Below are positions 8,934 to 19,285 of a stretch of 64,000 bases of DNA, in pieces. The position numbers and the translations under genes are program-made. Location: positions 43,969 to 107,968 of IMG/VR virus record IMGVR_UViG_3300042893_001581; one strand, given 5' to 3'. Position 1 is the first letter of the stretch, and every line of letters starts with the position of its first letter. A model generated the notes under the pieces. That model was not told the DNA's origin and ran no database searches. It worked only from the letters and a program-made list of their open reading frames with translations. The stretch comes from a virus.

Positions 8934-11900
8934 TGGAATTAGTTAATATAACATATTCAGGGGAGGGATTTCAATCTCAAGACTTAACTCCATTAGATAA
9001 ACAATTAGTAACTTCTAATTTTATAAATAGTCAATTTGGCGCACCAGAAGATTATTTAGAATTATATATCTACGATGAAAATAATAATCTATTAGATTTT
9101 GATTATGATGCATTTGATTATTATCCTTATTTAACAGCAAATCCAAAAAATAATACCTATTCTGTATTAACTTTAGATCCAGAAAAAGATTTAAAAAATA
9201 GAGGATATAATAGAGGTAATTTAAATATACAATATAATTTTTATAAAAGATTATTTAATTCTGCATTTGGTACTTTTTATTGGATTAAAGAAATATCTCC
9301 ATCAAGAACTGAATTAAAATTAGCATCGCAAACAATAAGTGATGATAGTATTTTAAATGGCTTTTCTCAATATCAATCTTACATAAGTAATAAAAATTAT
9401 TATCCTGTATTCTATTTGAATTTAGGTAATAATCAAACTATAATAGCAAGTAATGTATCATATACAGAAGATGAAGATGGATCTTATTTATTAATAAAAC
9501 TATATGAGCCACTAGATGCAGATTTTGATTTAAAATCTCAATTGTGGATAGTAGATAAAGTTGCAGAATCAGTAAGTTATAATGTATCTATTACTGTAGA
9601 AGCAGAAAATATAGATCAAGTAAATAGATTAAGAGGTCCTAATTTTAATGTTCAAATAAATGATAAAAACGGCCAAACTACTCCATATTATAACTACGAT
9701 AATTTATTAGCGAGCCCAGTAAGTTCTTCTTATCAAAAATTATTAAGCTATTATCAAGATAGATCTGTAGCTATAAACGTAGATTATACTAACTTTACAA
9801 ACTTTGTGCATTTTTCAAGTGCAACGGAAAGAGTAAACAATTTTGTTTATAAAGTTGGATTGATAGAACAATATAAACAGCAACAATCTAATCAATCTAT
9901 AATTGCAGGAGGTTCAGGAAATTCATCTTATAAATCAAATTCTATAGATTCTGCTCAACAAGCTATAGATAATATTATAGAAAAATTTGATACTTATGAA
10001 TACTTTTTGTATTTTAATTCATCAAGTTTTGCTTGGCCTAAATCTACAACAACCCAACCTTATCAATTATATTCAGTAACGTCTTCTCAAGTTAGTAACT
10101 TTTTAGGATCAACTAGTGCAGTTCCAACGGCAACTACTCAATCTTTATTATTTAGTGCATCTTATTATGATTCTACAAATAAAGATCTACTACATAATTC
10201 AATACCTCAGTACTTATTAGATGATTCAAACAATCAGCCTTTCATTACCTTTATGGATATGATTGGCCAACACTTTGATAATATATGGATCTACTATAAA
10301 GATCTTTCTAATAGATACAATGCCACCAATAATCCTGATACAGGAATATCATTAGACGTTGTTGGAGACGCACTGAAAGGTCTTGGCATTCAGTTATATA
10401 CAAATTCAAACGTATCAGATAACCTCTATTATACGTTGTTTGGAATCAATGCAGATGGATCTTTACTTCCTCCAACAGGATCAGAAAAAATAACTTCAAT
10501 TGGAGGAAAGTATGTTACTTCAAGTTTAGAAACGCTTTCTGCAAAAGAGATTCAACAAGAATTATATAAAAGACTCTATCATAATTTACCCTACTTACTA
10601 AAAAGTAAAGGTACAGAAAGAGGTGTAAAAGCGCTTATTAGTACTTTTGGTATTCCTGATGATATATTAACTGTTAGAGAATTTGGGGGAACTCCTATAA
10701 ATTCTGTAGATGGAGTATTTGATTTAGATTCATCTACTTATAAAGTATCTATAGTAACAGGAAGTGGTGGAAATGTAACTGGTAGTTTAACTTTATCTTC
10801 TTCATTATTGCATCCGGAAGCAAGTTTACAATATTATCAAAATATTAATAGGATCAATACTACAAATATAGAAGTAGGATTTTCACCAGCAGATACAATT
10901 AATAGTAATATAGTTTCTTCTCAAGGATATTTTAGTATAGATCAATTAATAGGAGCTCCAGAATATCAATATTCTGCATCTTATACTCCTTTAGTAGATT
11001 TTAATGAAACATATTTTAGTTCTTATACACAAAAAAATAGTATTTGGGAATACATAAGATTAATCAAGTTTTATAATAACTCTCTATTTAAAATGATTAA
11101 AGACTATGTTCCTGCTAGAGCTAATCTCTCTACTGGTATAATAGTTAAGTCACACATGTTAGAGAGAAATAAATATGCTCGTCATGAACCTGATGTAACT
11201 TTTAACGATTATTCTCAATCGATAGATACAGCATTTATTTCAGGTTCTGATGGTGGATCTGTTATAGGATCTACTTCATTTACAGGAAGTATAATGACTC
11301 CTTCAGGATCAGTTCAATTTATAAGTTCTGATGGAATAGAAAAATATAATGGTGAATTTAGTGGTTCTACAATAGTAGTAACAAGCGGTCAAGAATTTCC
11401 TCAATTTGAAATATCACAGCTTCCTTCAAGTTCTTTATTTGTAACTTATTCATTAGGAGCACTATATCAAAATGTTAGTCAATCAGTAAGATCTCAAATA
11501 CTTTGGGATTTAGATTATAATGCCGATCAAACTATACCAGTTAACTATGGAATAGTAACTCAATCTATAAATAATTCTCAGATTAATAACTACGCTTCAT
11601 ATACGAATCCTAATAATCCTTACGCTTACGTTCAAGACTATAACTATAATTTAAAAAGGTCTATATATCCTAGATATGTTGGATCTACAATTAATAGTGC
11701 TCAATATAATGTATATACTGCAGGAGATATTTCATATGGTAAAACTGCAACTATAGATAAAATAAAATATCAATATGCTTATTTAATTGACATATATTCT
11801 TCATCTTTTCAATTACCTCGAAGAGCTAATGCCCAAATTAAATATTTTATAGATAATGATGAAAATGTATTAGATTTAACTAAATTAAATAATAATATAT

Positions 11901-13027
11901 TTACAACTCAAAATGTATTTAAATCAGGAGAAACTTTAGATGTTTCTTTATTTGATTATGATAATACAAATCCTTATATTCAAAAACTAACAGATAATAA
12001 TACATTTACTATATATGAAGGTGGATATAGATACAGCCCTATTTTATTTAATGTAGGAGGTAGTGGAAGTATGAATTACGTATTAGATGAACCTATACAA
12101 GTTACCAGCTCAGTTACTATACCTTCTACAACACCTTTATCTCCAGGAAATACTAATTATTGGACAATAAATAATTCTGATTTAGATCTATATAAACCTA
12201 ATGCATTTGCACCTTTATTACTACAAATAACTGGAAGTTCTGTAGTAGGTGGGTCTTCTACAGCGGCGGTAAATATATCTTTACAAGTAAGAAATACCTC
12301 AGCAAGAAATAATGTATTCTATAATGTACCAGAATTTCAAATACCACAATCAGTTTCTAACTATAAATTCACTATTAATTTACCAAGTAGTACTTACTCT
12401 GACTGGGTTGCAGATGATATTGTTGTTGTTAATAGTTTATCTGAGGTTCAATTTAATCCAAATGGAGGAGGGACAGTTGATTCTGTAGAGTTTATAACAA
12501 GTATAACAGATCGAGATACATGTTGGGTTGCAATAGATCCAAGAACTATAAAAATGTCTCTTACTCAATCTGCATATTATGATGAAGGTTTTATTTTCAC
12601 AGGTAGTTATCCAGGTATAGAAACGCCTGTATTTGATTTCACTTTAAATCAAATGGATTTATTAAGATTTTATAATACAGGAAGTGGATGGTCAATAAAT
12701 TCTGAATATAGAGTATCGTCAGTTCAACCATATATAGATTCAACTGGGTCCTACTATAGTATAACTATTGATAGAGATCTTAATTTATCGGACACATCTG
12801 GATCTTCATATCCTGCAAAAATTTGCAAGTATATTATTCTAAAAAGACTTCCTGATGAAACTAATGTTATATTAAATTATAATTTAGGGACTCCTATAAC
12901 TCAAGACGGAATATTATTTCCTCAATATATAGATCCTATAGTAAGAGACAATTCTGGTAATGTAATTAAATCCTTAAGGCAGCAAAATTTAATCAATCCA
13001 GATACAAATACATTAATTTTCCAATAA
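8933..13027 (+). CDS. large baseplate wedge protein, T4 gp7/P2 gpI-like
   Basis: 1364 aa; IPQYLLDD..FMDMIGQHFD and LYHNLPYLLKSKGTERGVKALISTFG are wedge-protein motifs. Confidence 0.7.
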   Translation: MELVNITYSGEGFQSQDLTPLDKQLVTSNFINSQFGAPEDYLELYIYDENNNLLDFDYDAFDYYPYLTANPKNNTYSVLTLDPEKDLKNRGYNRGNLNIQYNFYKRLFNSAFGTFYWIKEISPSRTELKLASQTISDDSILNGFSQYQSYISNKNYYPVFYLNLGNNQTIIASNVSYTEDEDGSYLLIKLYEPLDADFDLKSQLWIVDKVAESVSYNVSITVEAENIDQVNRLRGPNFNVQINDKNGQTTPYYNYDNLLASPVSSSYQKLLSYYQDRSVAINVDYTNFTNFVHFSSATERVNNFVYKVGLIEQYKQQQSNQSIIAGGSGNSSYKSNSIDSAQQAIDNIIEKFDTYEYFLYFNSSSFAWPKSTTTQPYQLYSVTSSQVSNFLGSTSAVPTATTQSLLFSASYYDSTNKDLLHNSIPQYLLDDSNNQPFITFMDMIGQHFDNIWIYYKDLSNRYNATNNPDTGISLDVVGDALKGLGIQLYTNSNVSDNLYYTLFGINADGSLLPPTGSEKITSIGGKYVTSSLETLSAKEIQQELYKRLYHNLPYLLKSKGTERGVKALISTFGIPDDILTVREFGGTPINSVDGVFDLDSSTYKVSIVTGSGGNVTGSLTLSSSLLHPEASLQYYQNINRINTTNIEVGFSPADTINSNIVSSQGYFSIDQLIGAPEYQYSASYTPLVDFNETYFSSYTQKNSIWEYIRLIKFYNNSLFKMIKDYVPARANLSTGIIVKSHMLERNKYARHEPDVTFNDYSQSIDTAFISGSDGGSVIGSTSFTGSIMTPSGSVQFISSDGIEKYNGEFSGSTIVVTSGQEFPQFEISQLPSSSLFVTYSLGALYQNVSQSVRSQILWDLDYNADQTIPVNYGIVTQSINNSQINNYASYTNPNNPYAYVQDYNYNLKRSIYPRYVGSTINSAQYNVYTAGDISYGKTATIDKIKYQYAYLIDIYSSSFQLPRRANAQIKYFIDNDENVLDLTKLNNNIFTTQNVFKSGETLDVSLFDYDNTNPYIQKLTDNNTFTIYEGGYRYSPILFNVGGSGSMNYVLDEPIQVTSSVTIPSTTPLSPGNTNYWTINNSDLDLYKPNAFAPLLLQITGSSVVGGSSTAAVNISLQVRNTSARNNVFYNVPEFQIPQSVSNYKFTINLPSSTYSDWVADDIVVVNSLSEVQFNPNGGGTVDSVEFITSITDRDTCWVAIDPRTIKMSLTQSAYYDEGFIFTGSYPGIETPVFDFTLNQMDLLRFYNTGSGWSINSEYRVSSVQPYIDSTGSYYSITIDRDLNLSDTSGSSYPAKICKYIILKRLPDETNVILNYNLGTPITQDGILFPQYIDPIVRDNSGNVIKSLRQQNLINPDTNTLIFQ

Positions 13028-13030
13028 CAC

Positions 13031-13038
13031 ATATTTAT
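13031..13038 (+). promoter_or_regulatory. candidate late promoter ATATTTAT
   Basis: In a 27-bp intergenic gap, 16 nt before ATG 13055. Confidence 0.55.
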
Positions 13039-13054
13039 TTAAAAGCCCATTTAT

Positions 13055-13714
13055 ATGTCATATTTAAGTAGTACATCAGTAGTAGTAGATGCTATCCTTA
13101 CTAAAAAAGGTAGAGAACTCCTTTCCAGAAATGATGGATCATTTAGAATTACTCAGTTTTCTTTAGCTGATGATGAGATCGATTATACTCTATATAACCC
13201 CACCCACCCATCAGGATCTGCATTTTATGGTGAGGCTATTGAAGCGATGCCAATTATTCAAGCATATCCTAATGATATGGAAATCATGAAGTATAAGCTT
13301 ATTACGCTTCCAAGAGGCACTGCAAAAATTCCAGTATTAGATCTTGGATATACGGCAATTACAATAAAACAAGGAGCTTCTTTAGCAATTACTCCTCAAA
13401 CATTAAATTATCTTGGAGCAACATCAACCTTTGAACAATCAGGATATGTAGCTACAATTGGTGATGTAAGAACAATGAGTTCATTTAATGGAGTTGGTAT
13501 TAATACTCCTGAAGCTACGTCATTAAATAGTACAACAACTATAGGTACTAACGTAAGTAAGACAGTTATAGGAACAACAATTAATTTAACTGCAACCACG
13601 GTTAATACTTTATTTGGCTCTAATACATCTTTATTTACTACCTTAGTCGTAGTAGGTCGTGATTCTGGCGCTAGAATTAGTATTCCTGTAACAATCGTAA
13701 AGGTAACCTCATAA
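13055..13714 (+). CDS. baseplate/tail-collar structural protein
   Basis: N-terminal AILTKKGRELL...ITQFSLAD resembles tail-collar/fibre-attachment N-termini. Confidence 0.55.
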   Translation: MSYLSSTSVVVDAILTKKGRELLSRNDGSFRITQFSLADDEIDYTLYNPTHPSGSAFYGEAIEAMPIIQAYPNDMEIMKYKLITLPRGTAKIPVLDLGYTAITIKQGASLAITPQTLNYLGATSTFEQSGYVATIGDVRTMSSFNGVGINTPEATSLNSTTTIGTNVSKTVIGTTINLTATTVNTLFGSNTSLFTTLVVVGRDSGARISIPVTIVKVTS

Positions 13715-13725
13715 TATATTAAAAT

Positions 13726-14760
13726 ATGTCATTTACAAGATTAGATCCTACAGATTTTGTGGTATCTGCCGACTCAGTAACGGCACCAGCATGGAGTAAT
13801 AATGTAACTACTCTTACTAGTTTTTTTACAGCTTCTGCATCAACTACGGGTAGTTATTACGTTGATGTATATGATGGAAATATAAGTTCTCCATCTGCAT
13901 CAGTTCAATTCTCAGTAGCTTATGGACATTATGCTGGATCTGGATCTTTAGCTCTAAATAGTTTAGTGCTAGGAAAAAGCCCAACTAGAATTACATTTGG
14001 CCAATTTAGAAATTTAATTTATGGAGATGCAGAAAGTGCTGTAAATTTTGGTACGGGAAATGTTGATTCAGATGATTTAATAGCTATTCAAATAGATAGA
14101 AATAGATATAAAGAGAGTTTATTCCCAGGTACTTTTAATTTAACTTTACTTAATGGTGCCAACGGTCCTATTAAATTAACTGATAACTCAAATGATGTAA
14201 GTACTATAACATATTTAGACGGTGGAAGAGTTTATAATATAGTATCTGGTTCTAATGGAACGGCTAAAAATAGTCCAACTTTATCTGGAGCAACTCAAGG
14301 AAATACTGTGTCAGGAAGTTATGGTTTATTTTTACCTGACATTGGATTAATTCTTTTAAACCCTAGAGCTTTATCTTTGGGCACTGCTGCTGGTGGAATT
14401 GTTACTTCATTCAATACAACAGCAAATACAGTAGCTGCATCTAGTGCAAATAATAATTTAATCTATGCTATAATTAATTCTGGTTCTAATTTTCAACTTA
14501 ATTCTCAAGAAACAATCTCTTCTGATTATGTATTTGTAAGATTTAAAAATGCTGACTATAACTATACTACTAATCCTTCATTTATAACGGGTTCTGGTGA
14601 ATTAATATATTCTAATTTCATTAATAGTCCTCAAACATATCCTACAACTGTTGGATTGTATAACGATAACAATGAATTATTAGCAGTAGCTAAAATGTCT
14701 AAACCTCTTACAAAAGACTTTACTAAAGAGGCTCTTATTAGAGTTAAATTAGATTGGTAG
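13726..14760 (+). CDS. baseplate/tail-collar structural protein (intact paralogue)
   Basis: C-terminal TTVGLYNDNNELLAVAKMSKP..K...IRVKLDW is a tail-collar-type motif. Confidence 0.6.
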   Translation: MSFTRLDPTDFVVSADSVTAPAWSNNVTTLTSFFTASASTTGSYYVDVYDGNISSPSASVQFSVAYGHYAGSGSLALNSLVLGKSPTRITFGQFRNLIYGDAESAVNFGTGNVDSDDLIAIQIDRNRYKESLFPGTFNLTLLNGANGPIKLTDNSNDVSTITYLDGGRVYNIVSGSNGTAKNSPTLSGATQGNTVSGSYGLFLPDIGLILLNPRALSLGTAAGGIVTSFNTTANTVAASSANNNLIYAIINSGSNFQLNSQETISSDYVFVRFKNADYNYTTNPSFITGSGELIYSNFINSPQTYPTTVGLYNDNNELLAVAKMSKPLTKDFTKEALIRVKLDW

Positions 14761-14783
14761 TAAAATACTACAATAGTTTATAA

Positions 14784-16829
14784 ATGGGAATGTCAAAAAA
14801 TACTCTTGATAGATCAGATATTTCTACTTTTCCTATAAAGTTAAAATATTCTTCATCTTATGCAAGTTCATCTGCTGTAAGTTATGGAATAACTTTAAAT
14901 AGAGGAATTAATGGATCTTTTAATTCTGACGGAGAAGATTTTCTAGTATATAAATTAGCTAAACAACTATATTATAATTCTTATTTAACTGGATCTTTAA
15001 ATAATACTGCAAGTGCTTGGAATGACAATTTACAATCCACGGCAGCATCAGGTACTTTTGATAATGATTATAGATATTTTCCAACTACATCGGGTGATGA
15101 AATAACAGTATTAGCAATACCTAGGACTGTTTTTGGTGAAAATATAAGTAGAAAAAGTTTTGTATTATCAGGAACTACTTATAATTTAATTGATGACGGT
15201 AATGGAAATGTTATAGATGTAAATAATAATAACGTACATGTAGGAAATATATTATATGCTCAAGGAATAGTTATTATTACAAATTTAGATTATGAGTATG
15301 CTCTAATACAAACAACGACAACGACAACTACTACTAGTACTACATCAACTACTACTACTGCGGCACCTACAACCACTACTACTAGTACAACAACTAGTAC
15401 AACTACGGCTGCGCCGACTACTACTACTAGTACAACAACTAGTACAACTACGGCTGCGCCGACTACTACTACTAGTACAACAACTAGTACAACTACGGCA
15501 GAGCCGACTACTACTACTAGTACAACAACTAGTACAACTACGGCAGAGCCGACTACTACTACTAGTACAACAACTAGTACAACAACAGAAACTCCAACAA
15601 CTACCACAACTACTAGTACAACCACTAGTACAACAACTGTTGCATCTACAAACCATTTTAGAAGTGTAACTCCTCAAAGTAGTGCTGCTAACGCTTGTCT
15701 ACAAAGTACACCGAATGATATCTATACTTCTGTAGCAACATCTACTATGGCAAACAGTATTGTATTCTATTCAGATGCTAATTTAAACACTGTTTTTAAT
15801 GGTGCAAGCCAATGGTTCAAAATATTATGGAAAGGATCTGTAGGATTTGATGATATTTATGCAGTACAAATTAATTCGTCAGGTGTAGTGTTAAATTGGG
15901 AATACTGCCCAACAACTACCACAACAACTAGTACAACAACAGGAGTTCCTACAACCACTACAACTAGTACAACGACTAGTACAACAACAGAAGTTCCTAC
16001 AACCACTACAACTAGTACAACGACTAGTACAACTACAGCAGCTTGTTATGAATATGTAGCAACGGCAGGCCAAACAGATATAGATAATTCAGATAATGGA
16101 ACTGTTTATTTTAACTATACAGATTGTGATGGAAATCCTCAAACTCTTAGCAGAGGAACAACTACTCCAAGCAATCCAGTTTGTGCTATAAATGTAGGAA
16201 GTGTTTATATATTAATAGGAGGAAATCAATCCGCAGCTGGAAGCAGTTCATGGAGTACACCTGGAACACAGTGTAATGGAGCTCCAACGACCACAACTAC
16301 TAGCACTACAACAGAAGCTCCGACAACAACTACTACTAGCACGACTACTAGTACTACAACTGTAGTACCTACTACAACAACGACTAGTACAACTACATCA
16401 ACAACAACAGAAACTCCAACAACAACTACTACTAGTACAACAACTAGTACTACAACTGCAGAACCAACTACAACTACAACGACAACTAGTACAACTACAT
16501 CAACAACTACAGCAGAGCCTACTACAACCACAACAAGTACAACTACAACAACTACAACTATAGCTTGTTATGAATATATAGCTACAGCAGATCAAACAGA
16601 TATAGATAATTCTGATAACGGAACTGTTTATTTTGAGTATGTTGATTGTGATGGAGTAACCCAAACACTAACTAGAGGAACAACAACTCCAAGTGATCCG
16701 GTATGTGCAAGAAGCGTAGGATCAGTTTATATATTAATAGGAGGAAATGCATCAGCTGCAGGTGGTAGTTCTTGGAGCGTACCTGGTACACAATGTAATC
16801 CTGGTGGCGGTGGTGGAGGTGGAGCGTAA
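14784..16829 (+). CDS. structural protein: tail-collar-like N-domain fused to mucin-like Thr/Ser/Pro stalks and Cys modules
   Basis: First ~176 aa resemble the N-half of 13726-14760; then three Thr tracts, one unique module and two 79-aa 4-Cys modules; poly-Gly C-terminus. Confidence 0.85.
   Translation: MGMSKNTLDRSDISTFPIKLKYSSSYASSSAVSYGITLNRGINGSFNSDGEDFLVYKLAKQLYYNSYLTGSLNNTASAWNDNLQSTAASGTFDNDYRYFPTTSGDEITVLAIPRTVFGENISRKSFVLSGTTYNLIDDGNGNVIDVNNNNVHVGNILYAQGIVIITNLDYEYALIQTTTTTTTTSTTSTTTTAAPTTTTTSTTTSTTTAAPTTTTSTTTSTTTAAPTTTTSTTTSTTTAEPTTTTSTTTSTTTAEPTTTTSTTTSTTTETPTTTTTTSTTTSTTTVASTNHFRSVTPQSSAANACLQSTPNDIYTSVATSTMANSIVFYSDANLNTVFNGASQWFKILWKGSVGFDDIYAVQINSSGVVLNWEYCPTTTTTTSTTTGVPTTTTTSTTTSTTTEVPTTTTTSTTTSTTTAACYEYVATAGQTDIDNSDNGTVYFNYTDCDGNPQTLSRGTTTPSNPVCAINVGSVYILIGGNQSAAGSSSWSTPGTQCNGAPTTTTTSTTTEAPTTTTTSTTTSTTTVVPTTTTTSTTTSTTTETPTTTTTSTTTSTTTAEPTTTTTTTSTTTSTTTAEPTTTTTSTTTTTTTIACYEYIATADQTDIDNSDNGTVYFEYVDCDGVTQTLTRGTTTPSDPVCARSVGSVYILIGGNASAAGGSSWSVPGTQCNPGGGGGGGA
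15312..16559 (+). repeat. coding tandem repeats (~45 bp, A[A/E]PTTTTSTTTSTTT)
   Basis: Tracts 15312-15638, 15912-16037 and 16287-16559; unit ccgactactactactagtacaacaactagtacaactacggc(t/a)g(c/a)g. Confidence 0.95.
16041..16799 (+). repeat. duplicated 237-bp Cys-rich module
   Basis: 16041-16277 and 16563-16799 both encode ACYEY.ATA.QTDIDNSDNGTVYF.Y.DCDG..QTL.RGTTTPS.PVCA..VGSVYILIGGN.SAAG.SSWS.PGTQCN. Confidence 0.95.
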
Positions 16830-16840
16830 CAACTTTCACA

Positions 16841-16848
16841 ATATTTAT
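16841..16848 (+). promoter_or_regulatory. candidate late promoter ATATTTAT
   Basis: 20 nt before ATG 16869. Confidence 0.55.
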
Positions 16849-16868
16849 TAATATAAAATAAAACTGTT

Positions 16869-17825
16869 ATGAAAAATTTACGTTATATTTGTGCTCAACC
16901 TAGATTGGTTTATTATGCTTGGCAAGTAGAAGTTATGATTAATAATTTCATTAAGAATGGAATTAATCCTAATAATATAGATATTCTTGTAGCTTGGAAT
17001 CCTAATGATGATACAAGTAAGCCAGAGACTATTGAGATGTGGAATAAACTTACAGCTCATTATAATACTGTCAGATTCTTTTTTTATGAAGATACTAGGA
17101 AAAAGCCTATACACTACATTTCATCCATTAGGCCAAACATACTGAAGCAACACTTTAAAGCTCACCCTGAATTAAAAGACGAGGCAATATTTTATCATGA
17201 TTGTGATATTTTATTTACTAAGCCTGTTGATTGGACTAATCTATTAAATGATGATATTTGGTATTTAAGTGATACCAATAGTTATATAAACTCCTCGTAC
17301 ATACTTTCTAAGGGTGAGGATGTTTACAACAAGATGTGTGAGATTGTTGGTATAGATTCAATAGTACCAAAACTAATGAACTCTAATTCAGGTGGTGCAC
17401 AGTACATACTAAAAAATGTAGGTTGGGAATATTGGACAAAAGTAGAACAAGATTCTGAAAACTTATTTTACCAAATAAATCAACTAAATCATAAGAAGAA
17501 AGAAGAAGATCCATCTCATCATGAACTTCAAATATGGTGTGCAGATATGTGGGCCGTGTTGTGGAACGGGTGGCTTTGGGGTAATGAAACAAAGGTAATT
17601 AAAGAAATGGATTTTAGTTGGGCAACAGATTCAGAAGAACGATTTAATGAAACAAATATATTTCATAATGCAGGAGTAACTTGTTCTTGTGGAGGAAAGT
17701 TTTATAAAGCTAACTATAGAGATTCACTTCCTTATAATTTAGATCTTAGAATAAAAGAAGGAATGGCAAGTTATAAATACTATCAAGAAATTCAAGAAGT
17801 AGAAAAAAAATCTTCTTTATTGTGA
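16869..17825 (+). CDS. GT-A glycosyltransferase resembling HPAT/SGT1 (GT95/GT96) peptide O-glycosyltransferases
   Basis: SIRPNILKQHF / AIFYHDCDILFTKP (DxD) / GGAQYIL / WCADMWA parallel N(R/K)P...W, D.D.IF..P and W..EMY.. of those families. Confidence 0.55.
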   Translation: MKNLRYICAQPRLVYYAWQVEVMINNFIKNGINPNNIDILVAWNPNDDTSKPETIEMWNKLTAHYNTVRFFFYEDTRKKPIHYISSIRPNILKQHFKAHPELKDEAIFYHDCDILFTKPVDWTNLLNDDIWYLSDTNSYINSSYILSKGEDVYNKMCEIVGIDSIVPKLMNSNSGGAQYILKNVGWEYWTKVEQDSENLFYQINQLNHKKKEEDPSHHELQIWCADMWAVLWNGWLWGNETKVIKEMDFSWATDSEERFNETNIFHNAGVTCSCGGKFYKANYRDSLPYNLDLRIKEGMASYKYYQEIQEVEKKSSLL

Positions 17826-17836
17826 TTAAATAAATT

Positions 17837-18412
17837 ATGAAAATAGAATTTATAATATCAACTCATGGTAGAGTTAATAACTTAAATATGTCTTTAGGTT
17901 GTTTACAAAGTCAAACAAATAAAAATTGGGTAGCTAATATTATAGTTGACGGAATTAAAGATCCATACATTGAGTGTGAAAAATATTTTTCAAATGATGA
18001 TAGAATAATATTTAATTATTTGGAAAAAAATTATAATGACTTTGGGAATACTCCAAAAAATATAGGATTGCAATCAGCAAAAGAAGAATTAGTTATTATG
18101 ACTAGCGATGATAATTATTACGTTGCATCTTTTGTTCAAGAAGTATTAAATAATTATTCGGAAAATATTAATTTTATTTATTGTGATATGATACATAATG
18201 GATATGATTATAAATTTTTTGAAACGTACCACTCATCTCATAGAATAGATATTGGTATAATGATTATGAAAACAAAATTTGCTAAACAATTAAAATTAAC
18301 AGAAAACAGAATAGACTCAGATGGAATTTTTTGTCATGAATATACTTCTAAATTTTGTCAAAATGAAGGGTCAATTAAAAAAATAAATAAAATTTTATAT
18401 GCTCATAATTAA
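17837..18412 (+). CDS. GT2-family glycosyltransferase
   Basis: IEFIISTHGR..LQSQT..W..IIVDG; GNTPKNIGLQSAKEELVIMTSDDNYY. Confidence 0.8.
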   Translation: MKIEFIISTHGRVNNLNMSLGCLQSQTNKNWVANIIVDGIKDPYIECEKYFSNDDRIIFNYLEKNYNDFGNTPKNIGLQSAKEELVIMTSDDNYYVASFVQEVLNNYSENINFIYCDMIHNGYDYKFFETYHSSHRIDIGIMIMKTKFAKQLKLTENRIDSDGIFCHEYTSKFCQNEGSIKKINKILYAHN

Positions 18413-19274
18413 AGCTCTATACGGAAATAAAGATTGCACTCAACAAATTAAGTCTAAAATTGTAAATGATAAATTAATAGTTAGATCATGTAACGATATT
18501 ATAGGTGATACACTTCCTGGAGTTATAAAATATCTTGAAGTAGATATAGAGCATAAAAATAAAATTTATAATGAAAAAATTAAAGAGGGAGAGTTATTAG
18601 TTTTTCCTAAATCAAAAAATAATAAATTAGGAATTTTTTATTCTAATAATCATGTCTCTCAAACTTATCCTACTATAAAAAAATCTTTAGATACAATAAA
18701 AATAGCATCAGAAGGAAAAGCAGATATTTTAACTTGTATGTGGAATCACGAACCTGATAATCCATTTCCTGAATTTATTTCTTGGGTAAAGATATCTAGC
18801 CACCTAAATCAATTGCTTCAAATAATGCATTTATTATATCAAGCAAGAGAGATTAATAATTATAATTATGTTTCTTTTCTAGAACATGATGTTCTTTATC
18901 CAGAAGGATATTTTGATTATCCAGAAATAAATGATGGAGAAGTTTTAACTAATATGAATTATATGGGGATTTGCAGAAGCGGTTGGCAAAGTTTAGGGCA
19001 GTTAGATCAACCATTTCATCAAATGACTATGAAATTTTCAGAAGCAATAAAACATTGTGAATCTATATTGTCTAATGCGTTAATAAGAAATTCAGGTCTT
19101 ATAGAACCTCAAAATATTATCAGAAAAACTTGGAATTGTATTAATCCCTCTGTCCATGTTAATCATGGATATCATTTTACTTCTCACTTTAATGTGTACA
19201 GAAAAGATGATATTTTTCACGAACATTCATATTGGGGAATTTTTGAAAACTATAAGTATTTATTTGAGTTTTAA
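18399..19274 (+). CDS. SUEL/rhamnose-lectin-like (DUF3395-like) domain fused to a GT-A-like domain
   Basis: N-term IIKALYG..DCT..NDIIGDTLPGVIKYLEV; C-term YVSFLEHDVLYP. Confidence 0.55.
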   Translation: MLIIKALYGNKDCTQQIKSKIVNDKLIVRSCNDIIGDTLPGVIKYLEVDIEHKNKIYNEKIKEGELLVFPKSKNNKLGIFYSNNHVSQTYPTIKKSLDTIKIASEGKADILTCMWNHEPDNPFPEFISWVKISSHLNQLLQIMHLLYQAREINNYNYVSFLEHDVLYPEGYFDYPEINDGEVLTNMNYMGICRSGWQSLGQLDQPFHQMTMKFSEAIKHCESILSNALIRNSGLIEPQNIIRKTWNCINPSVHVNHGYHFTSHFNVYRKDDIFHEHSYWGIFENYKYLFEF

Positions 19275-19281
19275 TATTTAT
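19274..19281 (+). promoter_or_regulatory. candidate late promoter ATATTTAT
   Basis: 4 nt before ATG 19286. Confidence 0.5.
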
Positions 19282-19285
19282 AAGT

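Noticed and set aside
15290-16531. Val-rich and Cys/Ser-rich - strand ORFs (15290, 15345, 15891, 16226)
   Set aside because: They are antisense shadows of the ACN-codon Thr repeats.
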